Positions 51,280 through 64,000 of a DNA stretch of 64,000 nt are shown piece by piece. Under the pieces are notes generated by a model. The model searched no databases. It was not told the origin of the DNA and saw only the letters and a program-made list of their open reading frames with translations. How positions within the stretch are numbered: position 1 is the stretch's first letter; each line of letters starts with the position of its first letter. Made by a program: the position numbers and the translations under genes. The stretch is from Massalongia carnosa (taxonomy: Eukaryota): the NCBI GenBank assembly GCA_965645245.1, contig OZ287073.1, forward strand, positions 1,054,001 through 1,118,000, given 5' to 3'.

Positions 51280-51870
51280 GGCGGATTTAGGAATAAGGAG
51301 AAATATGCGATCAGGTTGTCATAGGCGTGCTGCGAAGCTAATGTAAACCTCGGGCTGGTGTTTTCGTTCATAGAATGCCAATCTAGCGCAACCGATCATT
51401 CCCGAAAACTCGTAATCCTCCTGTCGACTTCTCTACATTATTTCCAAGTGGCCGAGAGTAATGAGAAGATGCTTGATCTGGTACTCTGTAACATATGATA
51501 CGTAAAAGATGGAGCACTCGGTACCTCCGTATATATAGGTAAGTATACATAGTACATACTCGATTCTGTTGAGATTGACTACTAGCGGCAATGATCGGCA
51601 CAAGAGAACTAATGTTAGCGCTTCGCTTCGGTGGGCCGCCTATTTCCCCGCGTAGATGGCTTTTGCGCAACCTGAACTCTCCCACTCTTCAGAGTACAAG
51701 ATTCTCAAGCACTTAGTCCAACCAAACCCGGAGAAGGAGAAAATAGTAGCAACAACACTCTGTGATATGTTTGCCGTCATTAATTTGTTCTTTCTCTCCC
51801 TATAGACTCTTTCTTTTTGTTTATTTACCTTCTATATTTGTCGTTCTTCATATATTTTTGAACCATCTCA

Positions 51871-53129
51871 ATGCCGACCCCCCGAGACAGTACCACCCAG
51901 CTAAACCTTGCCATCGATCCTCATCTGGAGCGGTCAATTCACACGACATGCCCCATGGAGAATGAAAGACTAGGAGGACGGAGAAACGACGATGGAACTA
52001 GGCCGGACCCCGATGATATGATTGATGGGGTGGCGCGGAGCCAACGCAACATGCCCCGGTCAGACATGAACCTTCACACACCAGCAGACTCAACCAACGA
52101 CGAATCATCGCGAACCAAGACCACCGTCATAGACCAAGAGAACAGCAATCCAGAAGTCGCGAGCCCTACGGGTGCTCCAGAACCGCAAAGCCCTCCGGCT
52201 GGTCCAGAACCGGCGAATATGGAACCACAATCACCTCCAGCTTCGACGTCTTCTGCAGTTGAAGAAAGTTCATCGTCACTCGAGTATGGAATTCCTAATA
52301 TGCGAGTACGCTGAGCCTAGATCTTCTCTAGCCCGAAGCTGTGCCTCGCCCAGCTAACGGCTGCACAGATGATTCCTAATTGGACCTCCTCTTTTCTGCG
52401 TGCGGGCAGCAAATTCAAAGGCACTCAGCGGTCCGATCGTCAGAATTATAACGTTGAGGTCGACATCAAGAGCGTAGACATGGTCGAGTCCGAGCTGTGC
52501 GGCTACCTGCGCATCGAAGGTACTTTGTTTTTGCTTGCTGGCTACACGTTTTCTGCAGCACTTGCTGACCCAGACGCAATCGTAGGCCTGACTCCCGACC
52601 ACCCAACCTTGACAACTTTTTTTGAAGGCGAGATCATTGGTTCCAAGTACACCTTCCAGACCCGACACACCACGTGGGGCGCAACCGATAAAACGGACAT
52701 GGCGCACTGGGCACGCTTCCCGGCTTGGCGTCCGCTCGCAAACCAGGCCAAGAAGCCTGATTTTCACTACAAGAATAGCGCGCAGCGGGAGAATATCTTT
52801 ATGCGCTGGAAAGAGACCTTTCTTGTTCCTGATCACCGGGTCCGCGAGATTCTAGGCGCGAGCTTCGAGGGATTCTATTACATCTGCTTTAACCAGGTCA
52901 CGGGCAACATAAGCGGGATTTATTTTCATGCGAGAAGTGAGAAGTATGTGAAATTTCTTTTACTTCTTATTGATTATCCTTGCTGCCACTTCATCCGGAG
53001 CCTGCACACCTTCGCCTACAAAAATAATATATCCCCTGCTAAAACCTCGTTTCTACTTACAGGTATCAACAGCTTGAGCTTCATCACCTTGACGATAAAG
53101 GCTGTTATGGTGCCATCGAGTTCCGCTAG
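51871..53129 (+). CDS. GID4: GID complex substrate receptor Gid4/Vid24
   Basis: SSFLRAGSKFKGTQRS, CGYLRIEGLT, TTFFEGEIIG, IFMRWKETFLVPDHRV...GASFEGFYYICF, GIYFH...EKYQQLEL. Confidence 0.92.
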
Positions 53130-53814
53130 ATGTGCCTGCACTAGCGTCAGCGTTTGCGCTCCTAATGCCCGAAAATGGCCGCCATGTGATTCCGCACCGG
53201 AACCACCCCGACACGACTGCAATGAACCCATCGAATTTTCTCATGTTTTACTCAGTCCCCTTTAGCGAAACCAGACAAGGGGCGAACGGCGAGATTTACC
53301 GCGGGGGTTTTTCTCGATCAGTTCCTTTTTTTCTTCTCCCTTTCGCTGTTCTTTGATCCATGGAAAGGATCCTGGGCGTGAAGATCATGTTGGCGAGGGA
53401 GGTGATGGATTGGGTATGCACTTTTTATGGGAGGAGGGCTCGTCCATGCGCTGCGCGGATGGGCTGGGGCTGGGGGCCGGGGCGGTCGTTCTTTTACCGG
53501 GTATTTATCTGTCCTGTAATCTCGAGATTTTACACCACATACCGCTCGACCTTCGAACAAAGAAAGACACCAATATAACTGCATTCACCATCGTCATTCT
53601 TTTCTCTTTTTCCTTTTCCCCCTTCCCGAGTGTTGTAAAAATCCAACCAGGTAAAACAAGAGTAGTATTAGGGGGGAAATCCCTTCTTACACAGGTCGAG
53701 GTGGATTAAACAAAACAACCCCTTCCCGGGGACTAAATTTCGCCCCCTTGAAAGCAAGCAAGAGTGATTAGAAAAAACCTCGAGAAAGCCCACGAGGCTG
53801 GGTATTCCCCCCCT

Positions 53815-54235
53815 CCATACATACATACATACATACAGATATGTACAACCCCCCCCGGCGCCCCTCCGCCTTCTCTATTTAGTTTCCTTACCCCTTACCA
53901 GCACACAACGCACATATACCTTACCTACCAACCCAATCAGGGTAGGCAGGCAGGGAAAAAGGGCTGAATGCGAAATTGCGGTGTGCCGGGGGGGATGGGC
54001 TGCCCCGGGGATGGGCTGCCCCGGGGATGGGCTAGGTATTTTGGGTGGGTGAATGAGAGGTTGGGGGAGGAGGAGGAGGAGGAGGGATGTATTATTATGT
54101 ACCTATATATACTTGGTCACGAAGAATTTGGGGGGGGGAACGATGGGGGCTTTGTTGGTTCGGGGAGTAGTGCGTGATGATGAGGAGCAGATGCTATGTC
54201 ATGTCATGTCATGTCATGCCTTGTGTTTGTGTATT

Positions 54236-54275
<40 letters not shown>

Positions 54276-54305
54276 TGTTGGGGGAGGGAGGGAGAGAGAG
54301 AGATA
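53815..54305. repeat. Microsatellite/minisatellite cluster: (CATA)n, GGGGATGGGCTGCCCC x~2.6, (GAG)n, (ATGTC)n, (GT)n, (GA)n
   Basis: Directly visible between the convergent 3' ends of GID4 and the hypothetical gene. Confidence 0.85.
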
Positions 54306-55298
54306 GGGGGTAGGGAGTAGGGATTTGAGTGGACGATTATGGATGGGAGAACGAGTAGATTTGTGGATTTGAGCATTTCGTCGGCAGGTAAGCAGGTAAT
54401 TCAAGACAGGGTTGGTTCGTCCATGTTTCGGTGCCAAGGAAAGGGGAAGGAGGGGATAGGGTGGAATGGGAGGACAGGCAAAGGAAGGTCCCCCCGTCAA
54501 CGGAATAAACGTAGCAAAGTCACAAATATCACGAGATCAGATAGAACGCCGGGTTTCGACCGGAAAATGGGATTTCCAAACACAAAGCGTATCGTCTTGT
54601 ATGGTTTCCATTCACCACCCGCGATCTCTTCTCTCTCATCAACATCTCTCGACTCCTCCCGTCCACCAAATTGCACGATTCCTGTCTCTATTCCAAAGTA
54701 GCATTTGCCCACACGTGTCATTTGCTTTTGTGTCAGAGAAACGAGACCATTAAATTTGAAAAAAAGGGTTTTCTTTTCCGCCCTCCTTCCCTACATAATA
54801 CCGAACGCTTGCAGATGCCGGCCCTCCCGCTCATGATTTCTACCCATGCTTTTTGTGTTTTGTGTAAGCCTCGCCGCCTGTTGAACAGAAGTCCGTTATC
54901 CTATCCGGAAAGAGAAGATACGGGATTTCATGGAAGAGTTGTCAAAAGAAAAAGAAAAGAAAAATACATAGAGCTTCCGGCGATCTTTTTCGCCGCGGAC
55001 GGTTACAAGCCTCGAAGATAAGTGCCTTTCAAAAAACCCCCTCCTCCCCCCAGCCCTATTTGAATGAGAGAGAGCTGTTACCGACACCAAGGTGTATGGA
55101 TGTGCTGTTGGAACCGCTAGAAAACAATGTAGCCGTAGAACGCTAAGATGCCATGACGAGAACCGAGAACTAAACTCTAAGGGGGCGAAGATGTCATTTA
55201 TGATACAAGAAGAGGTAAATCATTGCGACGGAAAATCTTCTAATCATCCTCGGTTCGCGGATATGGCGATGTATCCATGGACTTGACGAGTTCAAATT

Positions 55299-58200
55299 TT
55301 AGACAACCGTCATCATTTTCATGTGTCCGTTAATCTCGTTATCATTGCCGACAATAGCACCTCCTCTGAAATTGCTGCCTTTTGAAGTCTGTGCGACGCG
55401 TGGGGTTTTGGGGATGGATGGCGAAGATGGATGATGCTGGAAGATTTGGCTGAAGAGCGGATCTGGAGGGGTTGCTGGTCGAAACTTTGAAGCCGATGGG
55501 CTATTCTCTGGATTCTCAGCACGACGAACAATTTCCTTCAATGCTCTTGTGACAACCCCTGCACGGGTGACCAAATCGCGGAGAGAAGTCGTGTCAAAGG
55601 GGAGCTTCGCCTGCGAAGATTTTGCTGCAATAAACGTGGAGTCGTGGTCGCTCCGCTGCTGATGAATGGTTTCGAGGACGGACTTGGCCTTTGCCGCAGA
55701 CTCTTTGCGTGGTCTCGATGTGGGTGGGTTTTCCGGCTTTGATTTGTCGGATGGCGAACGCGGAAACTGTTGAAAGCTTGGAAGATCGTCTCCATTAGTC
55801 CATCGATCCTCTCTTGGAGATGGGTAGACTGACTCTCGCCGACCATGAGATGGCGACCCTTCATCGAACAGATCAAATTCGGACATTGCTGCGTGTGGCG
55901 AACGTGGAGGTAGGAACTCTTCATCCTCATCATCCAAGGTTGCTAGATTGATGATACCCTCTGCTTCTTTCCATAATACCGCGGATTGCCCTTGCATGAT
56001 ACCCTGAGCGCTGGCTTGTTGACGAAGCCGCTTAAGCTCCTCCACGAGCAACGTAAGCTCTTTGACCTGGCCGAACTGCCCATGAACGCTTGCTTGTCGT
56101 TCTAGAATCGCTTGCGGAACCAGCATTCCAGAAGAGAGGCTGGTTCGAACCGACTCATTCGCAGGAGCTGTTTGTTTTACGGAACGATGACTATCCTCAA
56201 AATCAAAATCACCATCCCAATCCTCACTGACGCCTTTGTTCCCTAGGACCCAAGATTCCAGTTTAGATGTAGCGTTGTGAGAACGATGTCCTGATCCATC
56301 CTGAGGAGCCGGTACGCTTTGACTGCGAAGGTGCAGGGCGCTCGATCCTCTACGGCCCGTCAAACGACTTCCCCGAGCGTCTTTCGTCTTGATACCATGT
56401 ACAGTCTTTGGTCGAGGCGATGACCCCTGCAAAGATTCCTTTTCCGCTGCTGATTGTTCGGACCATTCGAAAATGTTGGATTTGGGCGATGATTCCACAG
56501 CCGATGATGCTGCACTTGGCAGTCCAAGCAAAAACCGTGGGAAAGCGCCCGCAGGGCTGGATTGACCGTTATGAGGGGTGAGGTCATACACGGGAAGGAC
56601 AGCTTCGGCGTCTTCAACTTTGTCAAAGGACCAGTCCTCGTCATCCTGAAACCCGTCCATCCCTTGTTGCACGGACGCAGCTTTCGAAGGGATCTCAGGT
56701 GGTGAAGAGGGGAATTCGGCCAAGCTCAGCATATTGGTAGCATGTATGGGAGCCGGGTACTCGTCTTCTTTGAACGGAGATGCGACTCGTACGGGTGTTG
56801 ACAAACTCTGATCCGTTTCTGCATTGCGTTGTCTATCCGAAGCAGGTTCCACAAATGAATCGGTTGTTAACAGATCCTGCAAGGCGAATAGCTTGTGCTT
56901 TGGAGATTCCGTTGTTGAAGATTCGTCGAAAATCGTTTCGATTGGGGGCCTTCGCACACCGGAATGGCTGCTTCCTGTTGCACCAGTCCTTGTGGAATCG
57001 TAGACCGTATCGCTTCGGAAGTCGAACTCGTCTTCGTCGCTTGAAAGAAAGCGGCTGTTATCGTTATCAGACCCCAGCAGGGTCGATGTCCGATCCGATA
57101 ACGCCCCTGAAGGACGATGTGACTTATTTCGAGCTATAGCAAGACCAAAGGGTGAAGACATTGAGGGTGATGGAGCAGTAGAGATTTTGGGCGAGGAGGA
57201 CGATATTCCAAGATGTGGGCTGGTGGGATAGGAAGGTGTTGTTATGGGGAGTTCAACTTCAAAAGTCGAGAGACGGTTTAGTGGCGGAAGCGGTGAAGTT
57301 GGATCTATGAAAGTGTTTAAAGGGCCCGAAGTCGTTTCCGAACCATGACCTAGGCTTTGCCCTGAGGTCCTAGGTTTAAGTGGATCAGAGTTGCTGGATT
57401 TAACGGATGCAGATTCTAAAGGCGGTTGAGAACTTCCCGATAAAGGAGCCGAGGAAACTCTTCTACTGCTGCTAACATTGGGGGGGCCATTGTGTCGCTT
57501 TAGGCTATTCGATCGTGAAACCCTCCACCTTGACGGTGAGGGAGAGGGAAACATGTCCGCTATAGAAAACGATCGTCTTGACCGTAGATCGCGGGTGTTG
57601 TTGAGATCAAGCTCAATGTCGGGTGTTGATGGAGGGATAAATGTCTCAATTCCCACAGCAGTCGAAGGTCTTCTACGATTTGACAGCCTTGACCGAGAAC
57701 CAACGTTGTCTGGCACGTTGTTGTGAAGGTTTGAGGTAATTGAGGTCGCAAGCAGCAGCGTAGGTAGATCGTTAACGCTGGGTATTAGACTGCCCACAAC
57801 CGGCTCTTTCCGATTCGTAGGAACGCTCGAGTTACGTCTTCGCGTCATTCCATCCTTGGCTGGTGTTGGAGCTCGGCTTGTGAAGAATGGAAGCCAAGTC
57901 TGTAGAGATTCATCATCAGCTTGGTGGTCCTCAGGCAGATCGTCGAACGGAGTAAACGGAGCGAATTTGGGTCGATAATTGAGCTCTCCGCCAGAGGAGT
58001 ATCGCTGTTGGAACGTAGCTGTGCGCTGATGGCTCGTGGCAGGTCTTCGCAGACTTGAGTGCGGTGTGTTGGTGTCCTGAAGTCCTTTTTGGGAAGCACT
58101 TCGCTTCACGAGCTTGTTTCGGGGAGAATACGTAGGGCCCTCGTCCGCTGCGGAAGGTAAAATGAATGCCGTTGAACCATTGGAATAAGACAGTGATGGC

Positions 58201-58832
58201 GAGTCAGGGGTGGGGGTGGAGTCGTGACTCCCCGTCTTCAATGACGATAACGTTGACATGCGTTTTAACCACGAAGACTTGGCTGTACCACTCCCTTTAA
58301 ACTCCAATGCGGCAAAAGACCCCGGGCTTGGTGATCGTCTGGGATCCTGTGAAGGGGAGAGGTCCGTGCTGTTGGACTCCTCCTGCAGTCTTTCGCTATG
58401 CATTGACGCAGTAGTATATCCTCCCCCACTGAGCCTATTTGACGGCGACAGTTGCTGGCCAAGAGAGCTTCGCTTTCGCAGTCGCGTAGAAAAGGGAGAC
58501 ACTATGAAATGAATGGGCGAGGATGTCGGATAATTCACTGATATCATCTGGCGCTCGTTGGGAGCCTCACGGATCGTTGACTTTCTCTCGATGGTTGTTG
58601 GTCTCGTGCCGATCGAATGCTGCCGATGGCCAAATGCGAAACCAATTGCCGCAACACCAACAGTGCCCGATACACAGAGCTATTCAGCAGCTTTGGTTAG
58701 CATTTCGAACATCTGTTCCCAAAATCTATGGAGTTTGCCTAGCACATTCGTCTTCATGTCAAGTGCACATGCAATCCCATTGAAGCATTCCTCGTCACGG
58801 AGGAAGAAACATACCGAAGGGACCGCCTCCAT
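55299..58832 (-). CDS. Large Ser/Pro-rich hypothetical protein (about 1130 aa)
   Basis: 1082-codon ORF with ordered-looking blocks EDWDGDFDF, PQAILERQASVHGQFGQVKELTLLVEELKRL, LWKEAEGIINLA and LPFDTTSLRDLV. The upstream exon MEAVPS plus a GTATGT...CTAAC...TAG intron is inferred. Confidence 0.75.
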
Positions 58833-61800
58833 TACCTTCTCCCACTTTGAGCCAGGTACGACTGAAGACCACAGGTCTTAGCACATGGAAGCGGAGACAC
58901 CAGGAATGTGGGGGATTTGATCATTGAAGTCATCCAGAGCCCATGTAAACATTTGCCAGCTCGGTCGAAGTCCGAAGTGTCACAGGTTTCCTCAGACGGG
59001 AAGCGGTGATTGCTCTGGGGCGCTCCGCTGCGATGTTCAGGAAAAGGAACTGACGAGCATTCGCTTCATGACAGGTGAAATACCGACCCAAGCAGATTGT
59101 TCTCCTTCGACCTTTCGTTCGTCTGCCGTGCTGGTCTGTAGAGGAGCGTCAATGTGAAGGTGTGGTGGTTCAAGAATGAGCATAGTGTCGAGCAAGTCGA
59201 TCCATCAAATGTTCCAGGTATTGAAACGCCTTCTGATAGTTCAGTTAGCCCCGGAACCCGAGGCCTGTAAAATAAACAAGAAGCCCTATGGCCGGCCAGC
59301 TAGGATCTGGTAATTAAACGGCGTTTCTCAACGTATAGTTACCGGTAGAACGCGGTACCTTACTGGGCCTGTCTTAGATACGCCTACGCTGTACCCCGTA
59401 CTCTGAAATGTCTCATCACTCCTCCAGAGTACTCTGTAAGGCGATGGAAGCTGTCTGACATTTGATCTACAGAGTACTTGGGCCCGTGTACAAAGAGTTA
59501 TCACTCGAAAAGCGGCTGCTGTCCCAACTTCACGGGCATCTCAACATAATCATTAGGTACAGTGTCCTGACCCTGGCAGAATGCATGAAGTTATGTCAAG
59601 CAATCATCAGAATTGCGATACTTTCGGTGCAAAATCGCAGGAGGCAAGGACATCAGTGCGACCATGCGGCGTCTGCACCCGTGGAAATAGCACAATGCAA
59701 GTCACTCCTGGCTCTCCCTATTGGTATGCGGCAATGTAGACTATGTAGAATCCCACCGGCCAAGGCCACTTGGTTGCAAGATTGTTTGAGAGAAGGTTAC
59801 CATCACCGCCAGCTTTATAGCGCCCAAAGGAGTGACGCAACCGTCTGTTCTGGTGTGACTTTCTGCTGCAATCAAATGGATGAAGGATGATCAAATGGAT
59901 GATTCGCTTCCAGTCTAGAACCACTGCCCCTCAAACCCATCAACGAAAGGCTGCTGACAAGCTCGGCACAAATAATGGATGAGGATCAAGATGCTGGGCC
60001 GTTATCGCATCCGCACGCCCATAATCATAAGCGGAAGGGCTACAGGGCAGAATTCAGTGCCGCCAGGGAGAAGGCTCCACCGCTCAACTAGGGTCTCCCT
60101 AGGCCGGCTGCCTTGAAGGAGTGCAGTAGATAGAAGATGGTGATGGTGAGTGAGGAAGTGCAAACGGAGCAGTCAGCACCTACTGTGGAAGCATCTTCCC
60201 GGTAAAGTGAAAGGGGATGATGCGTAGAGAATATTGACGTGAGTAACTGCGAGCCCCAATCAGGACTCATCCTAGGCCTGGCTGTTTGTCAAGCCGTGCG
60301 CCAGGTATGGGGGCTCAATCAGCTGCGGGTTAAGGAGATGCGCTTTTTTTTTTTTTTTTTTTTTGGGGTGAATCGCGTAAACCTAAAAGCAAGTTCAGAG
60401 CTCAAGGTCTTACATCCGTCCGGCATCTATTCTGTAAGGATTGTGGGGGAAAGCAAACTTTGTTCGTATGATTTGCACGGCAAGCCGACTTTTGACTATT
60501 AGATCAGACCAAACCTGGGGGGGTACCAGCAATACCTAGCTATGGAGTTGATTCGTTTGGAAAACGGACGAAACAAGTCAGCATGTACTGTGCAAGTAAG
60601 GTATTTCTATTGGACGATATTTGTAGATAGGTAGGCAGGTACTCTGTATAGTGTATATAATTATGTGGACCATTTTCCCTTGATTCTTCTCGTCTTTCTA
60701 GACTTGGTCCCGAAGAAAGAAAGCCGTGTTTATGCGGCGGTTTATACTAACGTAAGGTAGGGACGGAGAGTTAAGGCAAGGTAGGTGGAATACGAGAACC
60801 CATTCCCTAGGCAAACATAGCTACATACTTCCTCACTACTCTGTGTCCAGAGCATAGAGTAGGGGGGACAGTATTTTACCATCTCTCTTCTCATCCGCAT
60901 CCGCATCTAGATCCTGGATTGGGAATCGGGATCCTTCCACCCAGTTCGCTTAAGTTGTCTATGTTAGTAATGATATATGATGTACCTATCTAGATACGCT
61001 GTACAGCGTACTTGGTCGATATAGATAGGTAGGGGCGTACAGCGTCGGCATGAAGTCCTCCGTAATAATCGTGCGTTGCAGTATCAATTCGGTATCATGA
61101 CTACGTAAAGCAAAACCCTCTGTGGAAGACACTAACGGTGTTTTTTACCCTTCATGAAATCTACTGATCTTCTGTATCATAAACGGAACTTGTGTGAGTG
61201 CGCACGAATCCTCATCTAGAATTTCAACCATGACGTTCCACCCATCACGCCCACCTGTAATAAGCGAAACGCAGCGGATTGGATCGCGCCCTTCGTCTGT
61301 TTCGCTCATACGTCCCAGACTCCCAGTCAGCCAGCCAAGAGCAGATCCTTTTCTTTCGCGCTACCATCCATCGTGCTAAAAAGAAAAGCGTGTGTGTCTA
61401 AAACAAGAAATGGATGAGGCTGGCTCACGAGTGCTGCATGATTGCCGATCTTTGGACCAGGATCAGGTGTAACGGGCAAACCGAATAGGCCTTGGACGGC
61501 TATGACAGGGACGCCATGCGAGCAACGAGCGAGGAAACTGACAGGTCAACAGGGAGGCATCTTGCTCTGGCGGACTAGTGGTGCGGCAAAATCTCTCGAT
61601 TCGGACTTGTACCAGCGTTGATGCTGACGCAATTCGCAGCAAGGTACGAACATCAAAAAACCGATCGGTATGTATTAGCCAGCACCTGCGTCCTGCAGAG
61701 CAACAAAAGACGTAGGTCTGGCAGTTACTCCATTACCTCTGGTTAGGGCTTGGAGGGGAAGGGAGCTCCTTGTGATGTTTGTTCGATTACTCCTCACTCC

Positions 61801-62058
61801 GTACTCTGTATTTGGTACTCGGTACAGGCTGTCGCCATAATTGCGCTCCAGTCGAGTAAAGTATTCTTCGATTGGACATCGAGAGTAAACAGGCCATACG
61901 GTAAAGAGCTGATCATGATCATATTCCGCTGGAAACTAGGTCCTCTAGCTTACCTCCTGCAAACGGGAGATGATACGGTTCGCTAAGGAAGTCAAGATTC
62001 GGACGCGAAGTGCGAGGGAGTTGGTCATTAGTCGTCAGTACTCTGTACGGAGTACTTC

Positions 62059-62112
62059 GTACTCTGGACGGAGTACTCTGGACGGAGTACTCTGGACGGA
62101 GTATTCTGTACG
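62059..62112. repeat. 14-bp tandem repeat GTACTCTGGACGGA x3 plus a degenerate copy
   Basis: Units start at 62059, 62073 and 62087. Confidence 0.9.
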
Positions 62113-63213
62113 CAAGCTACATGTGTACTCTGTACAGAGTACGTCCTTTAGTTTAACGCTAGACGATGGAGTGACCTCCAAGACTCCATGTCGGCAAGGC
62201 AGGCAACGCTCCTTCAACTGAAGCACCTGCCTTACCTATTGAGGTTCAATCAGACATGAAGCAAGAAACAAGACACGAGAGTTGAAAACCGAAGTTTTAG
62301 CGCGACATCTACGGAACGTGTTGATTGGACACGAGGGGAAGATTACCAAATCAATCTTCCCCTGGAACGGGGCCAAGCACGCAAGATAGCCCTATGGATG
62401 AACTCCTACGAGCAAGCATTCAATACATCTAGGCCTAGAATGCAACCTTCACATCAGAATCCGATTAACATTCATCTTATTTAAACGAGAAATTACTCGT
62501 ACGATGAGAAGGAATACGAGATCAGAATACCGGTACAGTTAGTTGGTAAGGGTTAGGATACCCAATGGCAACAACGAATTGCAGACCTCCGAGTACGGGA
62601 ATAAACGGATGGGAATTGCAGGGAGGAGTTTCAGGATCATCGAGAGTGGGCACTCGGAACAGTACAGAGAACAAAGGAGCTGGATTCTACGGAGTACACC
62701 ATGTACTTAACTAGGTAGAAAGTCGAGATAGTACAGAGAACTCTGTATAGAGTAGTTGGTACTCCGTACACAGTAATATATTCGTAACATGAAGCTAGGG
62801 ACGGCACGCTGTCAGCCCCAGTTAGGGCATTGGCGGGATTTTCTCCGGCGATAAAATCCTTTATCCCCAGCTCAATAAGCAACACCCTTGCGTTTAGGGC
62901 ACAGTATCCACACGCAAGGAAAAAGAGGAAACGAGAGGGAGAACGAAAGAAGAACGGAAAGAAAGGAAGGAAGAGAAGAGAAGAGAAGAGAAGAGAAAAG
63001 AAAGAGAAGAGAAGAAAAGAAAAGAGATGCCCGTTCAAGGAGGTACGGAGTAGGTAAGTCAATTGGGTCGGAAGATATCTGCCTACCTTATGCAAGGCAC
63101 GGAGCAATCATATTGTACCCGGCATACCTAACCCGAGCTTGAACGAATCCGCGAAAAATCATCTCGAAGCTCATCTTCTGCCCTCCCCATTCTCCCGCTT
63201 CTCCCGGCAAACT

Positions 63214-64000
63214 ATGGAGGCCGAGATAAAGGCCCAGATCCCGGGTGTAGATCCCATCGTCTCTGAATATTCCGCTGTATGCTTGCTGAATATGTCACTT
63301 GCTACCCATCGCAACTGGTGCTGATGAATGCATTGAGGGATATTTGACGCATGCCTCGCAACTCTTTATAGCCGACTCGGATGCGGTCGGGCAATCGCCG
63401 CTTGCTGAAGCCGCCGAAACCATCTCGGCGTTGCTGCTGTCGGCCTCAGGAGATTTGTCCGATCAAAATGCAACGACGATCCGGACTCTCGTCGACAAAT
63501 TCATTTCCAGCCTCAGTGCTGCCAATGGAATTGATGGTGAACCAAGGCAGAGGTCCTCGGCTACCCGCAAACTTGACCATGCCATCCAAGTGGGATCGCA
63601 GCGGAACATGTCCTCGACGCTGGGGCTAGCTGGTGGCGTGGTGGACCTGGAGTCGGCCAATACCAGAAAAGTAGAGTCCCGGGTGGACAAGAAGAAACTG
63701 GAGAAAGCCGAACGGAAAATTCAAGCCAAGCAGGACCGAAAGGTGATGAAGAATGTGGAATACGAAGCCTCTCGGTTGCTGGATCAGCCAGACGACGCCC
63801 AATCATATGAGCAGTTCTACATGGCCGTCAACCCGCTTCAGCTGGATGGCGATCAAGCATCCAAGAGCAAGGATATCAAAGTCGATGGTGTCGATGTGTC
63901 CATCGGTGGGAAGCGGATCTTGACGGACACAACATTAACCATGGCATTTGGACGTCGTTACGGTCTAGTCGGCCAGAACGGTATTGGGAAGAGTACTCTT
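63214..64000 (+). CDS. GCN20: ABCF-family ATPase Gcn20 (5' part; runs off the window)
   Basis: MEAEIKAQIPGVDPIVSEYSA / GYLTHAS...VESRVDKKKLEKAERKI...FYMAVNPL...SKSKDIKVD...GRRYGLVGQNGIGKSTL (Walker A). Confidence 0.92.

Noticed and set aside
59462..63107. Short ORFs in the large intergenic region, and antisense ORFs over real genes throughout the window
   Set aside because: They show no recognisable motifs, and low-complexity sequence or antisense codon bias explains them.

Overview
This is a gene-dense window from a filamentous ascomycete (Pezizomycotina), judged by short spliceosomal introns, the fungal gene set, Pezizomycotina-type 5S rRNA and RIP-like C>T damage in transposons. In order it holds: a degenerate Ty1/copia 5' end, PSF1, a Ste11/FMF-1-like HMG-box factor, a tandem pair of divergent 5S rRNA genes, a pseudogenised secreted-protein gene, a near-intact Fot1/pogo transposon (perfect 44-bp TIRs, one TAG at a conserved Trp), RXT2, OPI3, HEM25, an N-terminally truncated TRAPPC11, a UBTD-like gene, CCH1, an orphan ORF, dim-5/clr4, a Tc1-like DD38E transposon, RRP1, LCB4, SEC26, mago nashi, GID4, a large Ser-rich hypothetical protein and the 5' part of GCN20. 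The most notable observations are five: the Tc1-like element is flanked by an ACTAT direct repeat instead of TA; the pogo transposase carries a single stop; TRAPPC11 is truncated; a TACAGAGTA/TACGGAGTA motif recurs only in intergenic DNA; and several loci show sharp C-rich to G-rich skew switches. Exon boundaries and family calls were made by eye from motifs, and no database searches were run.
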